Source: Perna viridis (Eukaryota). Taken from it: DNA of 64,000 nt. The stretch's first letter is position 1. Each line of letters begins with the position of its first letter. The stretch is taken from positions 26,908,001 through 26,972,000 of the forward strand of contig CM074512.1 in the NCBI GenBank assembly GCA_037379345.1. Reading direction: 5' to 3'. The position numbers and the translations under genes are program-made. Below the pieces are notes generated by a model. That model worked only from the letters and a program-made list of their open reading frames with translations, was not told where the DNA came from and searched no databases. Shown piece after piece: positions 26,101-41,100 of this stretch.

Positions 26101-29100
26101 GCAATTCAGGCTCTCTTGAGCCTCTAGTTGATATTGTTACTTCTCAGACCCATACAGAATTCAATGAGGTATTGGTTGATTAAAGTCAATGACTTTTTTA
26201 TGCAATAACCCATAACACTCTTATAGACACTGACCATTTTTGGGATTTGATGTCAAGATAAGACATTTTTTTTTGCATATGTACAAAATTATATTTATAT
26301 TTCAACAGGAACTACTTGAAAATCTGCCTTGTAAAGTAATAGCAAAAAAATTGACCATTGTTTTTATGTTTTTTTAAATAATTTGGAATATTTTTTTATT
26401 TTTCAAAAAGATCCCAGCCCCTTCCTCGCTAATAAAACACTTACCAGTAGATGAAAAGTCTAATACTTTTCTTTATATTTAGGTATTCCTACTGTGCAGG
26501 TGCTTTCATCTACATATAGTACCAACTTTGGAAATTCAATAACATTGGAGTGTACAGTTTCTGCCAACCCTACTCATACCAGTGTGCAATGGAAGAAGCA
26601 GGTCAATAATCAGTTTGTTGATATTGTCTTTGCTAACAACAAGTATTCAGGATCTGTTGTCAACAACCCATCTCTGACTGTCAACTCAGCTGATCTGAAT
26701 GATGAAGGTTACTACATCTGTACTGCTACTAACAGTCTTGGAACTGGACAGAGTGCTCAGACTTTCCTTGATGTTCTTGGAAGTAAGTGATTCTATATTC
26801 TACTTACACTACTGAAAAGTACACTTTATCTGTACTCATTTGTATTTCAAAGTTAACTTTATAGTAGGATGGGTTTTAATTTAACAAAATTTTTTAAATT
26901 TTATTTGAAAACTCTCTGATCAAAGTGTAGACTTCTTATTAACCTCTATTAAGCATATTTACTTTATAGAATTTTAAAATCATGTGAATTTTTTCCATAA
27001 TAAAAAAGAATGTACCTTTCTTCTGTTTATAATATTTTATGTTCATTTCGTTCAGACATCTTAACAGTAACTATTCAGCAGACAGCTTACAGTGTAACTC
27101 GTGGTGGAACAATTACCCTTGGATGTACTGTCTCAGGTTCCCCTGCTGCTAACAATGTGTACTGGCAGAGAACTAGCAATAGTGTTGTAACAACTATAAA
27201 TAGCAATACAAACACCAACAAGTACTCTGGCTCCACAACCAATTCACCATCTTTAACTATAGCTAATGCTGAGGAAAATGATGAAGCTTCCTATGTGTGT
27301 TTTGCTACCAATGTTGTTGGTACTGGACAATCTCAGCCTACTTTCTTAACTGTTACTGGCAGTAAGTACATGTAATTATGCTGAGAAAAGCAGGGGCAGA
27401 TCCAGGATTTTATGAATGGGAGGCATAATTAAACCAGACATGTTTAATGAATGAATATGATAAATTGACATATTCAATAAATATTCAGCAGATTACAATA
27501 AGTTTTTTGTTTTTTTTTCTTTGAAAAGGGGGACATATGTCCATTACATCCTCACCTGGACCCTCACCTGAAAAGCTGTTATGATAGGTACCATTACAGC
27601 TTTTGCAAATAAACAATAAAAATCTAGTGAATGCTTAACTTAACGTTAGCCTTGATCATTGTAAACATATTAATTTTCATGGTGTTCTATTATACCCACT
27701 CAACCATTGGGTGGTATATTGGAATCACCTTTTCCCCCTGTCATTCCGTCATTCCGTCCAAATTTTCTTTGCAATTATTTTGAATTCTAATGGATTAGTT
27801 GATTTCAAATTTGGTATGTAGCTTCATATAGATGGGGCATATGTTGTGAGCATTTTTAATTGCTCTCTAAAATCAACTTCCTGTTTCTTGGGACTTTGCC
27901 ATTTTCTACTATATGGGATGATAGAGAAAATTTTTGTCACAAAAATTTTGGCTCCCTATTGATGGATTGATTTCAAATTTGTTTGTGAGGCATATAGATA
28001 GGCATATTCTATAAGCAGTTTTTGGTTTCTCTTTGATATTAACTTCCTGTACAAGTGGGGGTATGCATAGCACAACAACATATGCAACTTCTTGTTATTG
28101 CTATTTTTGTGATTGACAGAATAGCACAAAAAAAGTACCCCTGGAATTGATTCACAAGACTTTAAAATGCTTATAATTTTTTTTAAACATTTGAAATTGA
28201 TATCCACAATTATGTTCACTTGACAGAATATGCAAAAACATTAGTACACTTGCAGTATTCTATGTGATTTTTCCTATTGTATTTTATTGCAGATCAAGGT
28301 CAATGAACTCGGTATGTGAGCTTTATGGTTCACATGATTTTTTAAAAAAAGTAAAAATGAAAATGCACATTTATTAAAAGGAATTAAGATTTGTGTTTTT
28401 TTGTAGGTATTCCAGTGGTACAAATTGCTCAGAACAGTTACAGTGTCAATTTCGGAGGCACTGTCACATTAGTGTGTACAGTAACAGCCAACCCTACCCA
28501 TACAAGTGTACAGTGGCTGAGAGTTATTAATGGACAGTCTCAAAATTTGAATCTTGTCCAGAATAAGCATAGTGGATCAACTGTTAATACACCATCAATA
28601 ACAATCAACTCTGCAGATCTCTCTGATGAAGGCAATTACATATGTACAGCCACCAACAGTATTGGAACTGGACAGAGTCAACAAACTTTCCTAGATGTTG
28701 TAGGAAGTATGTGCTCATATTTACCTATAATGTCCAATACACAGGGGTTTAGAAACTCTACAAAATATGTTGTTTTACTCATTCTGCAGTACCAATCAAT
28801 TTTGGGCTGTTAGGCCTCTGATATACATGGGCACATTTGTGAGGATATTGGCTGTACTAGTTTTTGTAAAATTGATGTTAGAATCCAAGCAAACTTTCCA
28901 TACTTAACCAAAGTGTTAAACTAAAAAGTTGAATTGCCAATATTTACAGTTTGTCTATACTGAATGTTTTGGTCAAAAACTCAAGTTAGGTTATCTTAAT
29001 ATTTAAAAAAAAGAAAATTACAAAGTAATTTACCAATTAAAGATGAAATACAGATAGCTTTGCCAACATAGAGCTGATGTTATCTTTATTCTTTAGTAGT

Positions 29101-32100
29101 CTTATGGTTTATATTTTGGCTGGTCTAGATTCTGTACTGTGGCACAGGTATCACCTTTTTTAAAAAGAAAAAAAAATGTTCCATTTTGTATCGAAGAAGA
29201 TATATTCAGAAAGCATCAGAATCAGTCGCTAAACTGCACTGTTCTAATAAATTTGAAAATTGCATAATTCACTTCTTGATTTTGTTCATTCATTAAGTAA
29301 TAATCCCCTTGCAGGACATGTGTTGAACTAATAATGAAAATGAAAATAAAGCAAAATAAGAAAAAATTGCCAAATTGTCAAACTCTTTGATATTTATACA
29401 AAAATAGCCTTGATAGTTGTATCATTACAACTCCATACAAAATATTTTGTTGCTCAAAGCTTGTACCATACATTTTTGGAATAATTACCCCTAATCCTTC
29501 CATTTTTGTAGAAATTTTGTGAAAACTGTAAAGATACAGTATTTGTGACATCATTGTGACTCAATTATGACACAACAGCTTGTATATTCTGTATAATAGG
29601 AAAAGATACATATGTCTGCTTTACTGTAAGACTTTTAATTCCTAACACGCGCAGATTGGTATCATTCTATTGGTATTACCATGTTAAGAAATCGAGACTA
29701 GTAGGGAGCCAAAAGAACAGTTATTTAACAATCTCTAAGTTCACTAGGTCCTCCATGTTTATTGTCTTGGAATAAAAGTCAAGACAATTTCTTTGTGAGT
29801 AAAACTTTGTCTCAGGTCCATTCACTATTAATATTGGTCTAAACCTTGCAATTTATGTAAAAAGTAAAACCTTTGAAACTAACTCCTATCAGAAGCAATC
29901 TATTTTTTATTTTTAAAAAATTTGTTATCAAATTGCAGGACTTACATTTGATCTTTGATTTATCTTTCAGGCGTCCTTTCGGTACAGATTGTACAATCAT
30001 CATACTCAGTTTTGATTGGTCAGTCTAGAACATTAGAATGTCTAGTTTCTGGTTCACCAGGTGCTACTAGTGTGTATTGGGAGAAGATTGTTGGAAGCTC
30101 TACCACCACTATAAATAGTAACACTAACACTAATAAGTATACTGGATCTACTGTTTCTACACCATCTCTAACCATTCTTAATGCTGATCAGTCTGATGAA
30201 GCTAATTATGTCTGCTATGCTGTAAATGCTGTGGGAACTGCAAATAGTCAACAGACTTTCTTGGATGTCACTGGAAGTATGTGCCTTTTTAATGTATAGC
30301 TGTTTTTAATAGCTGTTTCAGGTTTACATCATTACACATTTTTGTTTCAGGTATTTTTTTTGAATTGGTATAAAGTAAATATTCTTTAAGAATTTGTTTA
30401 AAAATAGTAACTTTTCTGTCAGCAGTTTTAATAGTATTACATGTTTTTTTCTCAAACTTTCAAATTTCAAATAAAATCCCAAAACTTCTTTTCATTGTTG
30501 TACCTTTTTTTTCTCCATAGACGTACCGTCAGTTGTTATTCAACAGGCACAGTACACAGTGCTAGTAGGAAACTCTGTCACATTAGTCTGTACAGTCACA
30601 GCAAACCCAACCCATACTAGTGTCTATTGGAGAAGAACTGTCAGTGGTATTACCACAGATATTACTGTAGCCAATAGTAACAACAAGTACAGTGGATCCA
30701 CAGTTAGTACACCTTCACTGACCATAAATAATGCTGGGGCAGCCGATGAGGGCAGTTATGTTTGTTTTGCCAGTAATTCAGTTGGTACTGGTCAGAGCTC
30801 ACAAACATTCCTGGATGTTTTTGGTGGTAAGTTACTATACATATTTGTTTTTAAAGAGCCCTAATTATTACAGTTTTTGTGAATGTAATTTGTCTTTTTT
30901 GCACGTAGAGAAGTGACAGACATCCTATAATTTTCACTTTGCTCATTTGACTGTTGGTTGACAGTTTTTGTAAGTACAGTATCTAAAAAATATTTACCTA
31001 GTACAGTGAAACCTATCTAACCTGAACCCTGAAAAAACCAAAACAGAAAACCTGTATAAACAAGTCCTTTTTCCCCTTCATATAAGTTTAAATTATTTTA
31101 AATTTGACTAAACCAAACATCTGCCTTAACTGAAAAAAAAACACAATCTATAGATATTTGAAGAATGTTTGCTGTTCTGTTTAAAAATAATTTGCAAGAA
31201 CACTATAAGTAATCAAAATTGATGGGTCAGTGTGCTTGTTTTAGGGATAAAAGCCCTTAAAATTTTGGCAGGAAAAGGACTTCTCTTACTTTTCATATGT
31301 TTTGTCTTAGTAGGTTTTATCTATTAAAAAACCTGAAGAAATAACAAGAATTTCATAAAAAATTCCCAAATAACATTTTCAGGTGTGTTAATGAATTTAA
31401 AAGAAAATCAGGGTCACTGGGCAAAAAGTAGCAATGCTTAGCATTGCTATGAAATGGATAATACCAGAGGAGTACGAAAGTCTGACAAACTGGTTATTTT
31501 TTTCCCACTTTTTTATTATTATTTGCAGAAGTGTGTATTGTATTTCAATGCTGAAAAGTTTAGTAAAAATAGTTGTGATGAAAAATCACATGATTATGAG
31601 AGTAAGACTTCGAGAATGCAATAATGAAAACTAAACATTGTTCAAAGTTCAAATTATGTACACTTCTTTAATATCATCTGCAGGTGTGTATATTTAAGTT
31701 TAGGCTTCAGATAATGCTAATATGATTTTATGCTATGCCTATGATGGACGGAGTTCAATGTTGCATTTGTGCAATCGTCTACTTTAGTGTTGACAAATTT
31801 TGTCAGTTCCGTAAGAAGATTTTTCATCAACTCATAGTTTTGGTCTTACATTCTACATATATATGACGTCGCTGACACTTTGTCCATATTTATGTATTGT
31901 GAACCCAAAATCTCTAAAACTATACAAGTCTTTAGTACAAAAATCTACAATTATCTGTTCTGCTACTATAATGTAAAGATGTAAAGGAATAACTAAGGAT
32001 AAATAAATATCTTAAAATATTTACACACCTATTATTCTTACAGCAATTCCAACAGTGGTTATCACAAACCCATCCTACACCGTGAACATTGGCAGCACAG

Positions 32101-35100
32101 TAACCATAGGCTGCTCTGTAAGTGCTAATCCAAGTGAGACTAGCGTGTATTGGCAGAAAATACAGAATGGTGTCACTACAACCATTAATGCAGGAAGCAA
32201 CCAAAACAAATATGGTGGATCAACCGTGCAGTCACCTTCACTACAAATCTTTAATGTTGATCAGAGTGACCAAGCTAACTATGTCTGTTTTGCAACCAAC
32301 AGTGTTGGAACTGGTAACAGTCAGCCATCTACATTAAATGTTCTTGGAAGTAAGTACAGCCTAAGGATAGAATAACCTTTAGATATTGTTTAAGGTCCTG
32401 CCACAATATATGGAGGACCTTTTATAGTGATCTTTCTATCCATAGCAAATGGTGTCCAGGTTGAAATTTTTTTCGAATTTCAAGCTAAGGATTTGATGTT
32501 TTGCAGGTAGCTAGGAAACTTCTAGAGAATTTGTCAGTTACCAGGGTTTGTAACTTTTGACCTTTAAAGTTTTGTACATTTTTGTTGCTTTTTCAAAGTA
32601 TTAAACAATCTTCCAATTGTAACTTTTTGTCATTGATAATAGGATTTTGAAATTTGGCATGAGGGTCTTAACAAATTTAAACTCCTTTATGGCAGGACCC
32701 ACAGAAACAGGTTCCAACTCATGATATCTAGGTTGATTCTGTTAGAACAACTGTCAAGAGGTCAAAATTTATAATGTTTTCCAAATAGATTGAGCCTTAG
32801 TTTTACTTACAAACTTACAGTTGAGTCAAAAAATGCCCAAATATCTATTTTCAAAACACATTAGCATACATTCTCTGACTGTTACTGAGCTAGATATAGA
32901 TATTCACTTAGATCAAACTGGAAAAATGCATTAATTTTAAATTTAAGAATTCTTTAAGTCTAAATTACTGGGTTTATTAGATCTACTCTTTACAATAAAA
33001 CATTTGTTTCTCTTTTTGTAGACATTCCTGTTGTTGTTATCCCACAAAACCAGTACACTGTACCTTTTGGAAATACCATTCAGCTGGAGTGTCAGGTTAC
33101 AGCTACACCTAGTCATACATCTGTAGAATGGAGGAGAACTGTTAATGGTGTCACCACAACAATTACCGTTACCAATAACAACAAGTACAGTGGCTCCTCT
33201 GTCAGTACACCATCATTAACAATAACAGGAGCTAATAATGCAGATGAAGGTTTCTATACATGTTATGCTACAAATAGTGTAGGAACAGGGAACAGTCAGC
33301 AGACCTATTTGGATGTCCAGGGTTGTGAGTATTGTTCATTTATTAAACTTAAGTAATACACTTTTTCCGTTTTGATGGTCTAGAATTCATCACTAGTTTT
33401 GTGTCATGTCCATTTATCCTTGACATCAAAGAATTCTATTTTGTATCCAATTTCTAACCAAGCAATGACTGCATGCCCTACTGATAGGAGACTTTTATTT
33501 TATATCCAATATCTAACCTAGCAATGACTGCATCCCCCACTGATAGGAGACTTCTATTTTGTATCCAATGTTGGACCAGGCAATGACTGCATCCCCCACT
33601 GACAGGAGACTTCTGTTTTGCTGCTTAACAACTAAACATTAAAATTTTTATTTTAACAGCCGTTCCAGTGGTGCGAGTTCTTTCCAACCAGTACACTGTA
33701 CTATTAGGTAATACTGTTACATTAGAGTGTACTGTCACTGCTAATCCAGCACATACCTCTGTACAGTGGACACGTGTTCTCAATGGACAGGTTCAGAATA
33801 TTGACCTCACTAATAGCAAGTATAGCGGCTCTTCTGTAGGAACTCCATCTCTGACTATATCTGGTGCCCAGAACACTGATGAGGGATATTATACATGTAC
33901 TGCTACCAACATCGCAGGAACTGGAAGTAGTCAGCAGACTTATCTTGATGTTACAGGAAGTAAGTTTAAAACAGACTAGCTTATCTTCAAAACATTAGAC
34001 TCCAAACTGTCTATATATTGTCTTTGTTGCTAACAATAAATTTTCAATATTTTTCCAAGGCAACATTTGATTTTATTAATCAATATGGTAATTTGTCTGA
34101 ATTATATATGTTTGTACCTGTAATTATACACTCCCCTAAAATAATCTATTAAATCCAAGTCTGTTAAAAAAGTTTCACTGAAAAAGTTTAATTTTACATT
34201 AAAGAATTAATTTATACAAGATAACAATGGAAATGATGTGAAAACCTACTAAGTCAAAAAGATGTTAAAGTACAGTGTACCACATAAGCATTGTATAAAA
34301 ATTAGTAACTACAACAAAGATTGAAGCAACAGCAGTATTTTTAGATATCAAGTATTATCATGATGAACCTATTTTTATTTTCAGACGCACCAATAGTACA
34401 AGTTTCTCTGCCAAACTACAATGTAGATACAGGAAAATCTGTTACTCTTGGGTGTGTTGTTTCTGCAAGTCCAGCAGCCACCACTGTGTACTGGCAAAGA
34501 ATTGATTCTAATGGTGCAGGTTCAACCATTGATATGAATTTAGTCAAGTACTCTGGTTCAACTGTTCAGAATCCATCTTTAACCATAAGCAATGCCCAGC
34601 TCAGTGATGAAGGAAATTACAGATGTTACGCAACCAACAGCATTGGAACTGGACAGAGTCAGAACACTTACCTTGATGTAGTAGGAAGTATGTTAATTTG
34701 TACAGTATACCTACAGTCTCGATGCCACTTAACTTTGTCTGTTTTCCATGTCTGGTCTTTGTCCCTGGATTACATTCTTTTGATTACCGCTATAACCTTG
34801 GTTCCCTTGATTACTCTTTGAAAACACTAACCATTTATATTTGAAGTTAGTTACATTGAAACATTTCTTAAATTATTTTAATATCACTCTCAGTTCAAAG
34901 CATATCTCAAATAAAGATATTCTATTAGTAAATGGTCTTGGAAACAGCTTTCACCTTACATCTAAAATGGGAACTAGTGTAAACATGTTAGTAAGTATAA
35001 ACATTGTTTGTTTTACAATGCATTGTATCATAAATTTTGTATTGTTAGTTTATAATTAATCAAATTGCCATTTTGCTTAGTTCACCTGATACTTTTTAAT

Positions 35101-38100
35101 ACCAAAATAAACTTGAATGATAATAAAGTTTCGATTGATTTAATTGAGCTAATTTTTTTGGAAGCACCCTCAAAATACATTTTATCAACATGATGGCTTA
35201 AGATCTGAAACTATTCCAGATCAGTGTTATATGTATTTGCCAAAAGTTAATTAGAATGCAAGTTTTTTTCTCAGTTTTCAAGCAGTATGACCGAACTATT
35301 TACATATTTGCTGTAATATAAAATTTCAGCATAAGGGCATGTCACCATGGAGATCTCTTGTCTCACAAATCTTTTTCACAAAACTATTCTAAGTACATGT
35401 ATAATTGAATATGACTTTGTTACAGACATACCAATAGTTCAGGTTCTGCAGAGTCAGTACTCAGTAAACATTGGTAGCAGCAGGACTTTAGAATGTACAG
35501 TGACAGCCAACCCTACTCATACCAATGTATATTGGCAGAGGAATGTTGCAGGCCAATTAACTCAAATCACAATTGACAATGTGAAGTACTCTGGATCTAC
35601 AGTTGGTAACCCATCCTTGACTGTAAATAATGCTGAGAATAATGATGAAGGTTTCTATATCTGCTTTGCTACCAATAGTGTTGGAACTGGTCAAAGTGCT
35701 AATACATACCTTGATGTTATTGGAAGTAAGTGTGTTAATAATTATCAATTTAATTTATATTTCTTGCTGGGAAGTGACAAAGGGGCATGGAAAGGGTATT
35801 CCTTTATTAGTCCTTTTGTCTAACCATTCATAAGGTTGATGCATCTTGATGATGAAAGGCTCAGTAGTTGAAAAATTCTATAAATATAAGTCTTCCCTCT
35901 TTGTAAGAGTTGTTGTGAAATAATATTCTTATAGCTTGGTGAGCATATGTTTGAAGAGCAGTTTGACCATTAATGAGTAAGTTTTTTTTTTCAATTTCTT
36001 TCTGGCAAAGCAGAATAAGACTATAGTATAGGTTTGATTTGTCACTCTGCTTTATTTTTTAGTGGATAAAGTGGTTTGCGTTATTGATCTCCATTTGTAA
36101 TTGGTATGTTAGTTTAGTAACACATTAAATTCCAACTTTGATCAATCAGAATAACTTTTTGGCCAGTTTTGCCCTTTGACATTGTCTTTTTGTGAAATGT
36201 TAAGTTGTATGTACCTTTTTCTGAGTTGAATGATTTGATTATTTGCTTATACGTAGATCTTAATAAATAAATAAGTAACAGCTCATTTTAGTTTGTTATT
36301 TATAGAGTTATGGCCCTTGGTCTTTTTTTATATGCAATTTTCAATTGTTAAGACATTTTTGTACCCCTTACAAACAAATTTTAGGGGTATGTAGGGATCA
36401 GCCTGTCTGTCTGTTTGTCTGTCCATTGATACCTTGGTCTGTCTTCATTCATTGTTAGTACCACTCTTTCTGAACTCATTGGATTTTTGTGGAATTTTAT
36501 ATGTAGGATGGGAATCATATGTATATGTAAATAAAGGAATAAAATTATTGTCAGAATTTTTGATAGAAAGTACAGTTTTGACCCTTTTATTTCTTCATAT
36601 TGTGGCTTGTAGGTGACTCAAGTTTGCTCTCTGCAATACACTGAGATTTTGTGTTGAAATAAACATGTGATTGTTAAATCATCTAAGTTTATATATACTG
36701 TATATTTTTTTGGTATAATAATTGCAAGCCAATTTTCAACATTTTTAGCTCACCTGGCCAAAGGACATTGTTAACATTGTCAACATTCACTATGATCTAA
36801 TTATTCCCTTGGTTTTCAGGTATTCTAATTATCAGCATATTATCATCCTGGTTTTAGGTATTCCAGTTATCAACATTCACTATGAACTAATTATTCCCCA
36901 GGTTATCAAGTATTACAATTGCCAACATACTGTATGAACTTATTCCCTCTGGTTTTCAGGTATTCCAATTGTCAACATTCCCAGTCCAACTTTCACTGTT
37001 AATTATGGTGGTACTGTGACCTTGACCTGTACTGTGACAGCCAACCCTGCTCATACCACAGTCTACTGGCAAAAAATTGTCAACAGTGTTGCTACAACTG
37101 TCAGTGTCAACAACAGGTATTCTGGCTCAACTGTCAGTACTCCCTCACTGACCATCACAAATGCTGAACAATCAGATGAAGGTTTTTATGTATGTTATGC
37201 TACTAACAGCATTGGAACAGGAAACAGTCAACAAACATTCTTAGATGTTATTGGAAGTAAGTGTAGAGTCTACTAGGTATGGGATTGGTGTGTCTGTATT
37301 GAGTAAAGTAAATATGTAAAATGTTACTTGGATATACATATAGTTAATATCCAGCTTCCATTTTACACAATTTCTTAGTTTAAACTATTACATGTATATA
37401 GAAGACCTAATTGGGCAGTACTTACAGCTGGGTTCATAATTCTTGTATTCCTTACTTGCTCAGCCATCATAAAATAAGGTTATGGTGAATGGGACTTGGC
37501 TAAAGTTTACATAAACAACAGTTAATTGAGCTACTTGTAATATACTTGTATGATCATACTCTTAGAAGATCTTCAGTATCTACTACAAAGAGAAAAGAAA
37601 GAATAATGTAGTTTTCTTTATTTTGGAAACCTGACTGGTGAGTTCCACAGCTAAACATCTTGCTTGTGATTAACTAGGTCTTGGATAACAGCTATAAAAC
37701 CAAACAATACACTTTGTGAAGTTGATTTGAAAAGATCAAAGTTATCTGCTGAGGATCTCTCTAAATAAAACTGTGGATTCACTGTATATACGTAAACAGA
37801 AGGAAGTTTTATGACACACATAATATGTTTGAAATTGATTTTCAGGTGTCCCCATTGTACAAGTCTTATCCAACACATATAGTACCAATGTTGGAGCTAG
37901 CATTACATTAGAGTGCCGAGTGACCTCTAACCCTGCTCACACTTCTGTGCAATGGCTCCGTGTCCTAAATGGAGTCACATCCAGCATCAATCTTGGAACT
38001 GTTGGCAAATACTCTGGTTCTACAGTAAACCAACCATCACTTACTATCAATAATCCTGTTAACGCTGATGAAGGATATTATATATGTCAGGCAACCAACT

Positions 38101-41100
38101 CGGTTGGTTCAGGTCAAAGTTCTCAAACATATCTTGATGTCATTGGAAGTAAGTAAAACCTAATTTTGTTTGTGTATTGTTCATGCAGAGATAACCTTTA
38201 AAAGCTCATAAAGAGAAGAATTCTAGAATTAATTTGGTTTTAACTATTACGTAACTGTCTTTTTAAGAATCATTCAAATTCAATAAAATGTGATACACCT
38301 CAAAAAAAGGCTACATATTTTTTATTTTTGTTATTAAGATGCTTTATAGGTGCATATGATGAAATGTTTATTCATTCCATTCTGTCTGTTCTTAGGAGAT
38401 TTTCCAAATGGAAAATCCAACAGTTTCTATTGAATTTTAGTGACATTTACAGAGTTATCTCCCTTAATTTTGAATTCTACAGTACATTCTATATAACTTT
38501 GATCTCCTATGAACAAGGGTTATATGAAAAATCACATGGTACTTTCTGTTTACTGACATTTTAAACAAAATATCAAAAATAAAAATATGTAGGTTTTCCA
38601 ACCATGAATCACATTTTGCATGTGTTGATTGTTATGTGGAGTGCTACTTAAGTAGTGTAAGATATGCTGTAAATTCAGAAACAATTGTGGATGTTTAAAT
38701 TTTGTGATTTAAGACAAAATTGTGATTTTAATTATTGCAATAATCTGATTAATCCAGTTACATTCTTTTAAAAGTTTTGATTATTGCCTTTAGTACAACC
38801 CTGCCTCTTTTTTCATAGTAATAAAAACATTGTAATATTTTCTAAATTAACAATATGCAAAATGAAATATGAAAACATTATAGCCTTTATTCATATTTGA
38901 CCTTAAATGTTATCAATATTTTGTAGGTGTTTTGTCTGTTGTTGTACCCCAGTCACAGTACAGTGCTAACTATGGCCAGTCTGTTACTCTGGTTTGTTCT
39001 GTTTCTGGAACACCAGCAGCTACATCTGTGTATTGGCAGAAGGTGAAGAATGGCCAAACTACAACAATTAATACCAACTCCAATAGTAACAAATACAGTG
39101 GAGTTACATTGCAGAATCCTTCACTGACTATTAGTAATGTTGATAATTCTGATGAAGCCACCTACACCTGTTTTGGTGTTAACTCTATTGGAACAGGCCA
39201 GAGTCAGCAAACTGTTCTCTCTATTCTTGGAAGTAAGTCTTATATTTGTTCGAATTTACACTAAAGAATTAGTATCAAGTACAAATTGAAAAAAATATTG
39301 TTATCTTTAATATTTTGAATATTACTGCAGTTTCCATTTAACATATTTATACACTTTGAAACTTTGAGTCAAGAATGTATAGATATAATTTATCATGAAA
39401 TGAATTATAACATGCTGCATTTAAAACATTTTGATATTTTCAGTCTTTAACTACCAGTCATCATGCCTCCTCTTCAAACATTCTTTTTGGGGTTTAAAGG
39501 AATTATCCTGTCTGCACCCTTCTAAACTGCTTAATGGATTTTAATGAAAATTTAAGGGAATGATAGGCAGTAAATGGATATGGGCATAAAGGAAGATAAT
39601 TATTTGATGCCTTCAAAGGGAGATAATTCAAGTTCAGAATTTTACATAATGATATCTTGGAGAACTACCATTTGATTTTTTAATCAGGAAGAAGAAAGAG
39701 GAGTTTAAAAAAAGTAAGGGTAAAAAATCAACTAGTTTATCTATAATTTAAGAATAAGATCAGACAAAGTTGGGATAAATTCTTTCACCCAGTACATTTG
39801 AGGTTTTTCTCCTATGTAAGAAGAAAGGTTGAGTAGTTCTGGTTTTTTTTGGTGGAGAAGGGAGGAGGAGATTTGAAATAAGTAATGCAGGATTGAAATT
39901 TTTAAGAAATAAAAAGGCAGACAGGCCATAAGAAATAAGAAAAATAAAATGGCAGGACCTATTATTATCCTGATATTTTTTGTTTATTTTCAGGCAATAT
40001 ATATTTATACATTTTTTCATAATGAAAAAAAGCAGGATAGAAAATTTCATCTAACCCCCTGAACCCCATTAAAATCCAATTGTTGCTCTCTTTAGCACAA
40101 CTCATAAATTGCTCAATGGATTTTGTTGAAATTTTAATGTAATGCTTCATATATAGGTGTCTTTGAAGGAATAGATAATCCAGCTAATGTTTCAAATGTT
40201 TTTAATGTCAGGTTGCTGCATTAGGAGGTTATTAAACCTGCAAAGGATTTATCTTAATGTATTACTACTTAAAGCAGGGGATATAATTTGTGTGAGCTTG
40301 CTCAAGTGTGTGTAGTATAAATGGCATTGTGCACCTGCTATGTAGATTTATTTGATCAGTATGATGGACTTTGGGTTTCCTTATGCCGTATTCAGACTTT
40401 TCCATGTTAGAAATACTCCAACGAGGTTCCTATTCTATATTAGTAATGCTTTTATGCATCTTAGATTAAAACTTTTGATTTGAATAAGTTTTAGGCTCAG
40501 ATCAAAACTTAAAGATCACATGGAAGTTTTAGAAAGTATTTATGTACCTACGTGACTTGTAGGTGTGTGGGTATTCTTTTGTGAGGTATGCTCACAGTAG
40601 TGCTAATTTTGTTGAAAATTGGTCAATAAACATTCAGTTCACCATGGTTTATACAATGTCAGTTTTAGGGCAATTAGAAATGGAATCATGTTGTTATTCT
40701 AGATTTACCAACTGCCACGATACAATCAAACCAATATTCAGTCATTGTTGGAGGATCTGTCACCATACAATGTGTAGTTACTGGTAATCCTGCTGTCACT
40801 ACTATACAGTGGACTAGATTAGTTGGTGGTAATACTGATGTTGTAGATATTGCTGGTACGGCACGTTACAGTGGTGGAACTGTCAACTCTCCATCACTTG
40901 TTATTTCTAACGCACAGAACGGTGATGAAGGATACTATACGTGTGCTGCTACCAATATTGTAGGAACTGGTACCTCACAGCAATCATTTTTAGACATAAC
41001 TGGAAGTAAGTTGATAATAAAAATACTTACAGAATATTTATAAAAATATTCATTTTATAGTTAGTTACTGTATGTAGTGAAACATGTCTAAATTGAACTC

